Origin: an uncultured Nitrospinota bacterium
GTDB lineage: Bacteria > Tectomicrobia > Entotheonellia > J063 > CAVPRW01
NCBI GenBank assembly: GCA_963707985.1
Contig: CAVPRW010000017.1
Location: 288,001-352,000 of the forward strand
Direction: 5' to 3'
DNA: 64,000 nt
The position numbers were made by a program, and so were the translations under genes. A model generated the notes under the pieces. It saw nothing but the letters and a program-made list of their open reading frames with translations. It was not told where the DNA came from and did no database searches. Of the stretch, positions 63,961 to 64,000 are shown piece by piece (positions within the stretch are counted from its first letter, which is position 1; each line of letters begins with the position of its first letter).

Positions 63961-64000
63961 AAGAGTTTTGAATCCTGCAAATTTCGTAAGAAATTTGAGT

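Overview
A ~60% GC bacterial chromosomal window. Its gene content (Tat-type family-5 solute-binding protein, LLM/F420 oxidoreductases, DUF1800/DUF1501) is reminiscent of Ca. Tectomicrobia-like soil/sponge bacteria, but that is inference only. The centrepiece is a ~19 kb lipid locus (10.7-30 kb) in which hopanoid genes (shc, hpnG, hpnA, hpnD, HpnL-like membrane protein, MlaEFD plus MlaC/HpnM) are interleaved with a full 2-aminoethylphosphonate-type pathway. That pathway comprises a PepM-like mutase fused to a nucleotidyltransferase with a non-canonical active-site loop, a split pyruvate-analogue decarboxylase, an AEP transaminase, a cytidylyltransferase and a CDP-alcohol phosphotransferase; the locus also holds a CruF-like hydratase and two Zn dehydrogenases. 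Other highlights: a rhodanese whose catalytic Cys codon is an in-frame TGA followed by a SECIS-like hairpin (probable selenoprotein missed by the ORF track); a near-perfect Fur box upstream of a DUF1800-DUF1501-NHL cluster next to a PerR-like regulator; a TPP riboswitch ahead of thiC; a secreted EndoU nuclease with a candidate immunity gene; tandem paralogous secreted Cys-pair proteins; and several gene and transposase remnants. Eight frameshifts in seven otherwise intact genes all resolve as single-base insertions, most likely sequencing error. No tRNA, rRNA or CRISPR array was recognised.
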